Virus record (IMG/VR): IMGVR_UViG_3300003177_000020
Location: 16,033 to 80,032 of that record
Strand: one strand, 5' to 3'
Origin: a virus
DNA: 64,000 bases
The position numbers and the translations under genes are program-made. Shown one piece after another: positions 29,378 to 38,613 of the stretch. Each line of letters begins with the position of its first letter. Position 1 is the stretch's first letter. The notes beneath the pieces were generated by a model that made no database searches, was not told the origin of the DNA, and worked only from the letters and a program-made list of their open reading frames with translations.

Positions 29378-30251
29378 TTAGGAGATTCCTCGGTCGACAA
29401 TTGGTGTCGATTCTTCGCAGCCGATCTTTGTTGGTGGCAGCCAGTATAGCACACTTTCTTTTCTTCCTTTTCCTATGCGGTAGGTGTGCCAGTGTGCGCG
29501 TCTCCAATGTGCTGCCTTTTGACTTCCGTTGCTGTTGCTATGTTGCGCAGTTCCTGTGGTGTTTTTGATATCGCTACCACGTCTATACCCAACATCGAAG
29601 CTGACGACTGCGCTTCATCCTGTGTTTGATATCTGCATTTTTGCAGCAAATATAAAGAAGCAAGTTGATCCCAATGTTTGCGATCTTGAAGATCGGTTCA
29701 AACACAGATCCATCGTAATTTACACCACCATCACGAATGCCTGTGATGATTGCCTCTTTGATTCCCATACCAGAAATAAATGGAATGAATAGTGGCAAAG
29801 GAACTCCCGTTTCAAAAAAGACTGTGATACGCAATTCCTCTTTATAATTCAATGTGTTCATGTGATCATCAAACCAGTCAATCGAACACAAGAATCCTTC
29901 AATGTTTTGTTTCCCATATGGTATGAAGATTGCCCATTCTGGCATCTTGTACAGCAGTTCAAATGGGAGTGGTTTATTCCCCAGTTCAGTAGGCACAATC
30001 TTACCGATCAAATCTTCCTTGATCGTGTAAATGCCCTTTGTATACCACCAATTGAGATATGTGGAATATTCCCATGCGTCTCGTAATTTCTGATTGTAAG
30101 CTTTCGCATATTCCACACCAAAACTGATGGGGAATAAAACATGTTCGGGTATGTTATCGAATTGGTTGTCGCGCACGGCTTGCATTGCCAGTGCTGCAAA
30201 GTGCTTGTTGTTATCAATATGGGTTCGAACTGTGGAGAGAAATTTACGCAT
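29378..30251 (-). CDS. AcrVA2/FinQ-like protein, frame broken at ~29615
   Basis: WWYTKGIY, LYKMPEWAIFI, LLLYIC, then in a second frame FDVGYR.G, HWRRAHWHTY..G......WLPP. Confidence 0.7.
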
Positions 30252-30300
30252 GAATCACTCCTTTTGAGTGTTGGTGATGGTTGCCTGTATGATCTTTTTG

Positions 30301-30636
30301 TTACACAAGATCCGTGATATCTACATCACAGTCAAAGAAGTTTTCTTCCAAAAATGCCAGTCTGTTTCGCACTTGCTGGCGTCGCTCTTCTTGTTCTTCT
30401 TTGAGTAAAATCTTGTTGTATGTTTTGTCGGAGCAGATTGCCTCGACTTCATTTTGAAGTATTTGTTTGTGGTTCATGTAGTAAGATGTGCGCTCCCATG
30501 CGCTTGCGCTTTCTGCCTCACGCTTCAATTCTTCTGCTCGTATTTTCAAGCTTGGAACTTCCCTGATGGCGAGGTTGTAGATCCATTCAAAGTTTGTTTT
30601 TGCTTTTTCTTCTTTGTAGTTTTTGTAGCTGTTCAT
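30301..30636 (-). CDS. Hypothetical early protein
   Basis: AAGGAG RBS after promoter. Confidence 0.7.
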   Translation of the reverse strand: MNSYKNYKEEKAKTNFEWIYNLAIREVPSLKIRAEELKREAESASAWERTSYYMNHKQILQNEVEAICSDKTYNKILLKEEQEERRQQVRNRLAFLEENFFDCDVDITDLV

Positions 30637-30681
30637 CTCTGTTCTCCTTGGTGCGTTTCGCACTGTGTTTGTTATGTTTAT

Positions 30682-30735
30682 ATAGTAGAGATGATCACTT
30701 CATTTTACAAGAAATAAATAAAAATAGTTAGCATC
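30682..30735 (-). promoter_or_regulatory. Early-type promoter TTGTAA-17-TACTAT, GATC in spacer
   Basis: -35 at 30705-10, GATC at 30693-96, -10 at 30682-87. Confidence 0.8.
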
Positions 30736-30784
30736 TATCCGACATCTCTACATTTTTTATGCGTGAAAATACACAGAATGATCT

Positions 30785-30994
30785 TTATTTCAAAATTGCA
30801 CGGCATAATTTGATCCGATCATCGGCATTCATAACACTTTTGTTTTGTATCAAGTGTGAACATCTTCTAATTTCTGCATCCATATTATTGCGACGCAGAT
30901 GCTCACCAACCATAATCAAAACAGCAAATGCCATAGCGAAAAAGAATAAACCAATTGTAAATACAATCTTGAAGTCCTCATTTACAAACGGCAT
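30785..30994 (-). CDS. Small membrane protein
   Basis: AAGGAGG RBS; one TM segment. Confidence 0.55.
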   Translation of the reverse strand: MPFVNEDFKIVFTIGLFFFAMAFAVLIMVGEHLRRNNMDAEIRRCSHLIQNKSVMNADDRIKLCRAILK

Positions 30995-31292
30995 TGTATC
31001 CTCCTTGTGTTCCAACAAACAACGATTCAAACACAACTTTTTCAACCACAACGAACATGCCGTTGCCAGATATAATGTAATGATCTGGAAGCACAGACTT
31101 CACACCGACCAGTTTTGATTTTATTTTAACAGTGTACGCACGGTGTATTTCCAAACCCCAAGAAACACGAGTTTCACTCCGTTCAGCATAAATCCCATGC
31201 CTCCCCAAAAATTTAATTGTGTAGTACAAAGATTCATTTGTGTTTTCAAAAAGTACCACTTCAACATTTTCTCGTGTACAAATCATATTCAA
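30978..31292 (-). CDS. Hypothetical protein
   Basis: Operon ORF. Confidence 0.5.
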   Translation of the reverse strand: MNMICTRENVEVVLFENTNESLYYTIKFLGRHGIYAERSETRVSWGLEIHRAYTVKIKSKLVGVKSVLPDHYIISGNGMFVVVEKVVFESLFVGTQGGYNAVCK

Positions 31293-31753
31293 TCACTCAA
31301 CTCTGTGATCATTCCAATTTTTGCGTAATACAAAATTCTGTTTCTCAGTGTTTCAAATTCTTCTGTGGTCTTCAGTGAAATAGCCGTCTTGACATCATCT
31401 AGGCTGTACCATTCTGCCAGAGTAACCTCCACGAGCAGCCCTTCAACACGTTTGTGCTTCACATATTGCGCAATCATGTGGCGTTTTTGTTGTAGCTCTT
31501 CTTTGATCTGCCACCCTGTATCTTTCCATTTATAATCAAAGATTTTTTTGCCATTCCTTTCAATTTCTGGATCTGATGGTGTGCAGAAATTTGGATCTTC
31601 GCCATAGCCAGCGACTAGAACACGCGCAGCATCCATGAAACTTCGTGCTAGGTATCCACCTTCTTCTGCATCGTCTCCATCCAGTTTCATCACCTGCTCT
31701 TCACTGTCGAATGCCCACTTGTAACCGTCTTTATCCGTGAACTTGATTTTCAT
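31289..31753 (-). CDS. Hypothetical protein
   Basis: AAGGAG RBS. Confidence 0.6.
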   Translation of the reverse strand: MKIKFTDKDGYKWAFDSEEQVMKLDGDDAEEGGYLARSFMDAARVLVAGYGEDPNFCTPSDPEIERNGKKIFDYKWKDTGWQIKEELQQKRHMIAQYVKHKRVEGLLVEVTLAEWYSLDDVKTAISLKTTEEFETLRNRILYYAKIGMITELSD

Positions 31754-32162
31754 TGATCCACTCCTTGATGGTGCTGCTGTTGAAATTGAAATTCTTCCCA
31801 AAAATAGTGATTCCGTGCTTGTTGAATGTCGCCATGATCGCGATCACTTTTGCAGTTTGGTTGAACAATTTTGCAATTGTACCTTTCTTTGTTTTTCCCG
31901 TGTGATCGCCATACATCATGAGATCGGATCGACTGGCAATATCTTTGATCAATTCTTCTTTGTTGTTTTCCAGCCAATCCCAGTGCTTGTCGAGTTCTTC
32001 TTTCGATTTGCACGCCATCAATTCCATGCCGTTCATTTGGACTGCCATTTCGATTGACATGATAAACAGTTTTGATCTGGTATCCAGATGTGAACTAAAC
32101 TCTCGTGCTGCTTCTTGAAGTTGCGCTTGCGTGTGCTTTCTTTTGAATCTTCTCTTTGCCAT
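31731..32162 (-). CDS. Hypothetical protein (starts MAKRRFKRK)
   Basis: IA..SD.MMYG, FN..A..IA.M....GIT.FG motif. Confidence 0.65.
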   Translation of the reverse strand: MAKRRFKRKHTQAQLQEAAREFSSHLDTRSKLFIMSIEMAVQMNGMELMACKSKEELDKHWDWLENNKEELIKDIASRSDLMMYGDHTGKTKKGTIAKLFNQTAKVIAIMATFNKHGITIFGKNFNFNSSTIKEWINENQVHG

Positions 32163-32170
32163 TTTGACAC

Positions 32171-32509
32171 CTATTTTATGTTGTGTTTGTACTCGTGCTG
32201 ATCCATACGATATCGGATAATTGGTATCCCATAATTATTCATTTTGTGAGCTGACAACAATCCTGCGTCACCATAAGTTTGAAGTAAAAAGTCATTCAGA
32301 GATATACCGTCTGGACATTTGAGATCATCATTAAATTTGCACACGTCGAATCCATATTGAATTGAAAAGTAATCTTTCAACTTCAGATCAAATATGTTTT
32401 CAAATTCTTTTTTTTCTTTTTCTGTTGGAAAATAACGCTTAGGCGTCTCTTGTATTTGTTTATTTGGGGAATCATCCGCTTGCATTCTCCTGAATCTTCT
32501 CTTTGCCAT
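32171..32509 (-). CDS. Hypothetical protein (starts MAKRRFRR)
   Basis: GFD..KF.D.L..PDG.SL..F....YG motif. Confidence 0.65.
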   Translation of the reverse strand: MAKRRFRRMQADDSPNKQIQETPKRYFPTEKEKKEFENIFDLKLKDYFSIQYGFDVCKFNDDLKCPDGISLNDFLLQTYGDAGLLSAHKMNNYGIPIIRYRMDQHEYKHNIK

Positions 32510-32521
32510 TGCAGCATCCCT

Positions 32522-32776
32522 TCAAGATTCTTTTTTATCCGCAAATGTACACAGGTATTCAGTGCGGAATAATGGCAGTTCTTTCATTTCATGCGTTGCA
32601 ACAAATCTGTTCTGTTCAACTGAAAAATGAAAGTGTATTGGTTTGATATTATTCTCTTTGAAACAACGATCACACACATGGATGTGTCCGTTGATCTTAT
32701 CATCAATAACACCTGTCACATGTTTCGTTTCCATTGTTGCTGGAACTGTAGCACCGCAAAGATCACATTTCATCAT
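32522..32776 (-). CDS. Small zinc-finger protein
   Basis: CDLCG...HVCDRC; AGGAG RBS. Confidence 0.6.
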   Translation of the reverse strand: MMKCDLCGATVPATMETKHVTGVIDDKINGHIHVCDRCFKENNIKPIHFHFSVEQNRFVATHEMKELPLFRTEYLCTFADKKES

Positions 32777-32793
32777 GCCAAACTCCTATGGCT

Positions 32794-33109
32794 TCAAACG
32801 TCAAACTCTCCATCCAGCAGGTGCGGGAATAACCCACGCAGACTTGACTCACATCTTCTGTTCATGGTGTCCAAAATATTTTTTGCACTGCTATCCGACA
32901 CATCAACTTCATTTTCTGATATTTCCTTGAAACGGTCTATTACACACACAGCATATTCTCTGAGTGCATCGTATAGCTTGCTTGTGGTATTTGCCTGTTG
33001 TGAATAAATCAGCATCGCAGCAGCAAGTTCTCTGGATGTTTTTTTCTTTAAATCTTCTTCAAAAAACCCAAGAACATCTTTGACCAAGTTGATCCGATAC
33101 GTCGTTCAT
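32794..33109 (-). CDS. Hypothetical protein (possible 1-nt insertion near 33085)
   Basis: MNDVSDQ and LVKDVLG... join if one base is removed. Confidence 0.45.
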
Positions 33110-33332
33110 TTTGAGTCTTGATTTTTGTTTCAATGGCATACATTCGTGTGCGTAATTTTGATGTGTAAGTTCCGATCTCCTTTGATGAAAAATAAAAACC
33201 GACAATACCTTTTTTGAATGCTAACTGTTCGAGATCGCTGATAACAGATTCAAGTTGACCAAATGGCACAAACTCTTTCAGTAATATGTATAGCATCGCT
33301 GTTACTGGATCTTTTGTGTGCTTGTCTTCCAT
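33048..33332 (-). CDS. Hypothetical protein
   Basis: DPV..LY.LL...VP.G..E motif. Confidence 0.55.
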   Translation of the reverse strand: MEDKHTKDPVTAMLYILLKEFVPFGQLESVISDLEQLAFKKGIVGFYFSSKEIGTYTSKLRTRMYAIETKIKTQNERRIGSTWSKMFLGFLKKI

Positions 33333-33927
33333 CAGAAACGCTTCCCATGTTTTGCGCTGCGGTTTGCGTTGTATTCGATCTTTGCAGCTACAGCACTGTC
33401 CAAATCGATATTGAAACGTCCACAGTAATCCAACAATCGAATTTGCAGATCTGCGAGTTCCTCATCCTCTGCAGAAAAACCATCGATCTTGCTTGACTGC
33501 TGCACACCACCATACATTGTTCTGGCTCGTAGCCCTTCCAACACTTCTGAAATTTCAGAGTGCATCAATGCCAGTGCGCGTGATTTTTCATTCAGGATGT
33601 AATTATCCAAGCCAAATAATGTGTTGAACATTTTGTAATTCTCTGACAACTGTTACATTCCACAAATTCTTGTTCAATCACCCACGCTCTTTGTTTTTCA
33701 TCTGGAATAAACCTTTCCAGTTCTCGGAAACTGTTCTCACCATATTTTTCGTGCAGAACACAGATCATCTTTGCAGCAAAGAACTCTTCCTGAGAAATTG
33801 TATCCCAGAAACCTTTTTCTTTTGATATTCCGTGAAATACTTCTGCAAGACCAGTGAGAGGTCTTTCTTCACGCAAGTAATCCACCATGTCACCAACAAA
33901 CGTTTGCATTTTATCACTAAGTTTCAT
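33332..33927 (-). CDS. MazG-like NTP pyrophosphohydrolase, split by a frameshift near 33650
   Basis: H.IS.EKGFW in frame 1; LALMHSEISEVLE, EELAD..IR.LD, K..YN..R..KHGK.F in frame 2. Confidence 0.8.
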
Positions 33928-34139
33928 CCTTCACCTTCTTTCATGTCGCAGCATCGATCCAACAATGCCATTGCGTTTTCATTTGTTTCTTCTTTGTGCT
34001 TTTTTAGGCGTTCAAGCACAGCCGATATAAATTGCGACGGCTTAAGCTCAAACCCTAGTGTTTTTCTTTCTGCTTGTGTTTGTTCATCGATGAAGTTGAC
34101 AAGATCCTCATCGATATAAAATGATTTTTTTACTTTCAT
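33924..34139 (-). CDS. Ribbon-helix-helix (CopG-like) regulator
   Basis: KKSFYIDEDL..FID......S.FI..VL. Confidence 0.6.
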   Translation of the reverse strand: MKVKKSFYIDEDLVNFIDEQTQAERKTLGFELKPSQFISAVLERLKKHKEETNENAMALLDRCCDMKEGEG

Positions 34140-34151
34140 GGTTCCTCACTT

Positions 34152-35444
34152 TTAGAATGGGATAGCATCAAACAATTCTGTGTGTGCATCCAAAAATTCA
34201 TGTGGTTCATATGGTGCAGTTCTTTGGAATGCCATAGTTACTCCTGCGTATTCCACCCCTTTGTTTTCCGCGTAAATTGTGCATGGTTTCAACTCATCAT
34301 AAAATACGATCTCTACACCTTGAAACCCTGTGACGTGTTCCAGAAATATGAGAAGTTGATCTATGCTGTATGTGTTTTCGATAACATCTGCTACTTGTAA
34401 TTTTTCAAGATTCAAAAACTCTTTGTAGGCATAAAATTCTGCAATATCACTTTCGGATTCATCAGCAATAAATGGTATCGAAATGTCAATACCAGTCTCA
34501 GCAGTTTTGATCCACACAATTGGAACTGCTTCTTTCTTTTTAAGCTGCATCTTTTTGTATTGTGCGGAAGCTTCACGCAGGATTGTTTTGAACTGTTCCA
34601 GTTGTATGGGATCAATCAAATATGAGTGTGATATTTCTTTCGGTATGACTGCTTCAACGTGATATTCTTGGTAGTAATAGAGTCCATCTTTCATGGCAAC
34701 TGTAAGATTTTCAAATTTGATTTGCGCCTCATCATCTATGTGGCAAAGCTCCACGGGACTCTTGTTTGTTTTATTTGACGCTCCATTTTTGTAGATTGTG
34801 TGCATCACTTTTGATGGTATTGCTACTCGTAATTTTTGGCTTTGACCAGTGTACTTCTGTTTGGTTCGAATAGCGTATTGCGCGACTGGAACGGCTGTGG
34901 ATTGGATAATCAATTCATTGTTTGAAACTTCAAATGCCACACCATCGCTGTCTCTATAATGCAATGTTCGCACTTGCAACGCTGGTTTCATGAGTTCGTA
35001 TGTTTGGCAGAATGTTTCATTATCAATGCTTAAAACATTTGTTGTATCCGAACAAAATAATGATCTGCAATCTTCCCCATCAAAGAAATTTGTTTTGAAC
35101 AATGCGATATCGTGCGGAAACATTTCCACATCAATTACACAGGTATTTGCGACAACCGTGAATGCATTTTGCTGTACTGGTGTGAAGAAGATATCGCTTT
35201 TTGAATCACACGCAGAAATTATTTGTGCTGTATGACTGCGATTCAAAATATACAAACCCGTTGAAAGCACACGGCATGTAATTTCAACTTCTACTGCGAT
35301 GCCTTGTGGGAATGCGAGACCAAATATGCGAACACCAACACCCTCTGTTGCGGATAAAAAATATCGTGTTGGTTTGTACAATTTATGAAAGCATCCATCT
35401 ATTTTCTTTATGGATTTTGATAGCACCTTGTTATTTATAATCAT
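34152..35444 (-). CDS. Highly divergent DNA polymerase III beta-clamp-like protein
   Basis: Length and spaced motifs GVAFE....L..ST, IPSK, Y..VIP, Y..DQL..FL......V...F.....P..I, VTM. Confidence 0.55.
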   Translation of the reverse strand: MIINNKVLSKSIKKIDGCFHKLYKPTRYFLSATEGVGVRIFGLAFPQGIAVEVEITCRVLSTGLYILNRSHTAQIISACDSKSDIFFTPVQQNAFTVVANTCVIDVEMFPHDIALFKTNFFDGEDCRSLFCSDTTNVLSIDNETFCQTYELMKPALQVRTLHYRDSDGVAFEVSNNELIIQSTAVPVAQYAIRTKQKYTGQSQKLRVAIPSKVMHTIYKNGASNKTNKSPVELCHIDDEAQIKFENLTVAMKDGLYYYQEYHVEAVIPKEISHSYLIDPIQLEQFKTILREASAQYKKMQLKKKEAVPIVWIKTAETGIDISIPFIADESESDIAEFYAYKEFLNLEKLQVADVIENTYSIDQLLIFLEHVTGFQGVEIVFYDELKPCTIYAENKGVEYAGVTMAFQRTAPYEPHEFLDAHTELFDAIPF

Positions 35445-35469
35445 GTTCTTGTCCGATCTCTGGTGGGTG

Positions 35470-36216
35470 CTAGAATGGGATCACTTCGACTCTTTTTGGT
35501 TCTTTTCGTGTGTGATCTGCATTCCAGTCACGAAGAACAAAGTAGCAAGGGACACTGTTGTTTTTCATCGCAACCCAAAGATTCATTGCTGTTTCAATCG
35601 GCACATTGTAAAAACATGCTGCCGATCCACTTTTGCGCAGAATACTTGCAACTTCTGCTGCATAGGATCGAACTTCTTTTTCAGCTTGAAAATTCTCCAT
35701 TCTGAAATGCGGGTCTGCGACTGTTACCCATTCAGTGCAATCCATCCGTGCTTTCTTTTCAATTGTTTCTTTGTACAGATCTGGGCTGTACCGCGAGAAT
35801 ATGATCATTTTGCTTGTTTCGTAATATGCAGGTCTTTCGACTGCAAATCGGATCGGCATTACCCAACGCACACCTGTTGGTGTGAATGGATATTCTCCTG
35901 TTCTTTTGTTTTTTGGTGATGGGATTGTAACAGGAACAAACACGTTGATCCGAGACATCATGCACTGTTTTGCGATTCCAATGCAGTAATTTGTCTCACC
36001 AGAAACCATAATTCCTGCAACATGGTTTCCATTTTGATGTTCGTTATCGATCACACGCAGGACACGTTTCCACGCAGCCATTGATTGCTTTTTGATTCCA
36101 CGATTATCTGCATATGGATGCACCGCAGACTCGCCATCAAGTGCAAATTGCACATCGCACTTTTGCCAGATAGAATTATCCATCCTTCTACCTGTCGCAT
36201 TGACAATGTATTTCAT
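35470..36216 (-). CDS. Hypothetical protein (weak SLOG/YspA-like start)
   Basis: IVNATGRR, MVSG; weak similarity only. Confidence 0.5.
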   Translation of the reverse strand: MKYIVNATGRRMDNSIWQKCDVQFALDGESAVHPYADNRGIKKQSMAAWKRVLRVIDNEHQNGNHVAGIMVSGETNYCIGIAKQCMMSRINVFVPVTIPSPKNKRTGEYPFTPTGVRWVMPIRFAVERPAYYETSKMIIFSRYSPDLYKETIEKKARMDCTEWVTVADPHFRMENFQAEKEVRSYAAEVASILRKSGSAACFYNVPIETAMNLWVAMKNNSVPCYFVLRDWNADHTRKEPKRVEVIPF

Positions 36217-36233
36217 TTTTTTTGAACTCCTGT

Positions 36234-36572
36234 TTATTTTTTCTTTTCATTGAAAATTTTCAATCCGTCTTCAAAAGAAAGAAGTTTTTCAGATGTACCC
36301 CATGCCGAGTGTCCATTGCTCGCGATCCACGATTTTTCCAGTATCCACGCTTTTATTCCCTTGCTGTATGCGGGATACAGTCGGCAGAGATCATAACCGC
36401 GATATCCTTTCGGATCGTAAATTGGATCGACTTTTCCCACTTCTTCAAATGTGATGGCTGGAAATTTTGAGATAAGCAGTTGACCGACTGTGATTGATTC
36501 TTCGCCTTCGTTACGTCCACGCTGTAAGAGTTCTGTTTTGTGCTTGTATTTGAAATCTTGAAAATTGATCAT
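36234..36572 (-). CDS. Hypothetical protein
   Basis: GGAG RBS before MINFQD. Confidence 0.6.
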   Translation of the reverse strand: MINFQDFKYKHKTELLQRGRNEGEESITVGQLLISKFPAITFEEVGKVDPIYDPKGYRGYDLCRLYPAYSKGIKAWILEKSWIASNGHSAWGTSEKLLSFEDGLKIFNEKKK

Positions 36573-36642
36573 AGCTTCACTCCATTTGAGTTGCATGTTG
36601 TGTTTTGGCATCCTCATCAGCATATAGTTGCCAGCGCTGGGA

Positions 36643-37548
36643 TCAATCGTCTGTATTTTCAGCTTCTTGTTTGGCTTCGTACCAGTCAAATGCTTCTTGT
36701 TTGATCTGCATTGGATTGTGGTATGGCGCGTCGATTGTTTCATAAAGTGTGCATTCTTCGCTTTCAAAGTCTTGATCGTATACCAACACACCTTCAGGCT
36801 TGTATTCATCCCAATACCATCGGAGCTTCCCTGTGGTGATGAATAATGTTTCTGGTTCAGGATGGATGTCATCTGCTTCCCACGCTTTCAATCCTTCCCC
36901 TGCAACATAGTTTCGATGATCGACATACACTGTGGCTATCCACTTGCCATCAGGCATCTTTGTGTTTTGGACTTTGAGACCGAGATCTTTCCCATCGATG
37001 TATTTTGGTTTGATCCCTGCGCGACGGTTTTTAGCACGCTGCTCAATTCCAGATGGTTTGAATATGTGGAATCTTTCTTTGTTGAAATCGCTTGTGATGT
37101 TGGCATGGAATGTCATATTCAGGTTGTCATCGAACTGCGGTAGGCAGAATGAATCTCCACCTTCAGCTGCAAGTCGAATCAAATTGCGGTCAATCCCATC
37201 TTCAACATCAATGTATTTGCCTTCGACTTCCCGATATAACACAGACATTGCGCGGTGTAATTTGTATGCAAATTCAAACGGTACGACGATATTGATGCTG
37301 CCTTTGTCGTCCCACGCTACGATTGATTTGAGGTTGCTTCCATATCCGCGTGCAACCGCTTTGACAAACTTTCGTGCTGCATCTCTCCACTTCCGACTGC
37401 TTTCTGGATACTCCAACCGAAAGCCTCCGAATACATGTATGGATTCATTTGGCATTTTGAATGCCGCTAGGACATGAGGCTGCTGAAGAGTTGCTGCAAA
37501 GATTTTAGAACCTGTGGTTGGTGTGTAGATAAAATGACGCTTGATCAT
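36643..37548 (-). CDS. Hypothetical protein
   Basis: ACTCAAAAGGAG RBS; 301 aa. Confidence 0.75.
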   Translation of the reverse strand: MIKRHFIYTPTTGSKIFAATLQQPHVLAAFKMPNESIHVFGGFRLEYPESSRKWRDAARKFVKAVARGYGSNLKSIVAWDDKGSINIVVPFEFAYKLHRAMSVLYREVEGKYIDVEDGIDRNLIRLAAEGGDSFCLPQFDDNLNMTFHANITSDFNKERFHIFKPSGIEQRAKNRRAGIKPKYIDGKDLGLKVQNTKMPDGKWIATVYVDHRNYVAGEGLKAWEADDIHPEPETLFITTGKLRWYWDEYKPEGVLVYDQDFESEECTLYETIDAPYHNPMQIKQEAFDWYEAKQEAENTDD

Positions 37549-37574
37549 GATTGACTCCTTTTGAGTTTGTATTT

Positions 37575-37650
37575 ACTGCACCATTGCAGTTTTCGGCTTG
37601 AGCGCGTACCTTTCGGAACCCTAGCACCGCTCGCATTTACGGCTGCGAAT
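37575..37650 (-). ncRNA. Candidate structured RNA in intergenic leader
   Basis: Nested GAGCG/CGCTC, GTGC/GTAC and CC-GAAA-GG, followed by ACTGCA-ATGG-TGCAGT hairpin. Confidence 0.4.
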
Positions 37651-37668
37651 CACCGTTGATTGTGCGAT

Positions 37669-38124
37669 TTATTCCCAAGAACTTAATTCTTTTATGAGTT
37701 CTTCGATTTCTTCGTCATCGTATCCTGCACCGCTGCATGGATCTGTTTGCGTGATACGATCTCCATCTTCGTTTTCCCATGTGTATTCGATGTTGATGTT
37801 TGTCGGGTCATACTGCCAAAAAACAATCTCTGGTTTTCTTGTCTCATCTTCCTGTGTTTCATCCCAGAGAAATATTCGAATGTCTGAGTCTGCGTTTTCG
37901 TATTTGAATGTTCCTTCGTGTTCCTGAGTCAAGAACAGATTCACAAAATGCTTCTTGTCTTCTTCGAATAATTCCAGTTCATCGCTTTGATCATTTTTTG
38001 TGAAGTATTCGAACTCTCCATCTGCGGTATCAAATTCGATGCGTGAAATTTCTTTGTAGTCGATTCCAATTCTTGCAAGTGCTTTTCTTTGTGCTGCGTT
38101 GAAATTTGAAAATACCTTTTTCAT
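37669..38124 (-). CDS. Highly acidic early protein
   Basis: ACTCAAAAGGAG RBS; D/E-rich; first gene after promoter. Confidence 0.75.
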   Translation of the reverse strand: MKKVFSNFNAAQRKALARIGIDYKEISRIEFDTADGEFEYFTKNDQSDELELFEEDKKHFVNLFLTQEHEGTFKYENADSDIRIFLWDETQEDETRKPEIVFWQYDPTNINIEYTWENEDGDRITQTDPCSGAGYDDEEIEELIKELSSWE

Positions 38125-38191
38125 TGCCTTACTCCTTTTGAGTCGTTGTTTTTGTTTGCGATCTTTTGTGATCGCGTCGTCTACGTTCACG

Positions 38192-38220
38192 AATATAGTC
38201 GAGATCACTTTTAGGGTCAA
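38192..38220 (-). promoter_or_regulatory. Promoter TTGACC-17-TATATT, GATC in spacer
   Basis: GATC at 38203-06, same offset as in the other four promoters. Confidence 0.75.
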
Positions 38221-38348
38221 CTATTTTCTGCAAAAAAGATGAAAATAGTTCTAACAACTATGAAACTAGCGCAAGCCGTATCCTTTAACATACAATGGCT
38301 TTGTTTTTGGAATGTATTTATTTTGTGTAAAACACACGGAGGATCAAA

Positions 38349-38594
38349 ATGGACAAACTTTCGAAGATCAAAAAAAGATTGAATCAAAAACCAAGCAAAT
38401 CTGGATTCAACAAACTGCTTGATGAACTGCTTGATATGATCGATTCCACTCAATTCAACGAGGCTTTTGATCTCGTTTCTTCCCGAATACACGAAGGCAC
38501 AGATGCAGATCGCACTCTGATTGTTTCCAGTTGGAATGATCTGGATCGGTACAAACCTGTGTTGATGTTTGCTCGCAGAATTGAACTGCAATAA
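38349..38594 (+). CDS. Hypothetical protein
   Basis: GGAGG RBS. Confidence 0.7.
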   Translation: MDKLSKIKKRLNQKPSKSGFNKLLDELLDMIDSTQFNEAFDLVSSRIHEGTDADRTLIVSSWNDLDRYKPVLMFARRIELQ

Positions 38595-38613
38595 ACCCGC
38601 GTAGGAGGCACAC

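Noticed and set aside
36575-36645. TGA recoding (alternative genetic code), suggested by protein-like sequence after ENTDD-TGA
   Set aside because: Many well-defined genes end in TGA, often as ATGA overlaps (e.g. recA/sbcD); a single substitution or chance is more likely
37575-37650. Canonical hammerhead ribozyme or ykkC riboswitch
   Set aside because: No CUGANGA core and no downstream ykkC consensus; kept only as an unnamed structure
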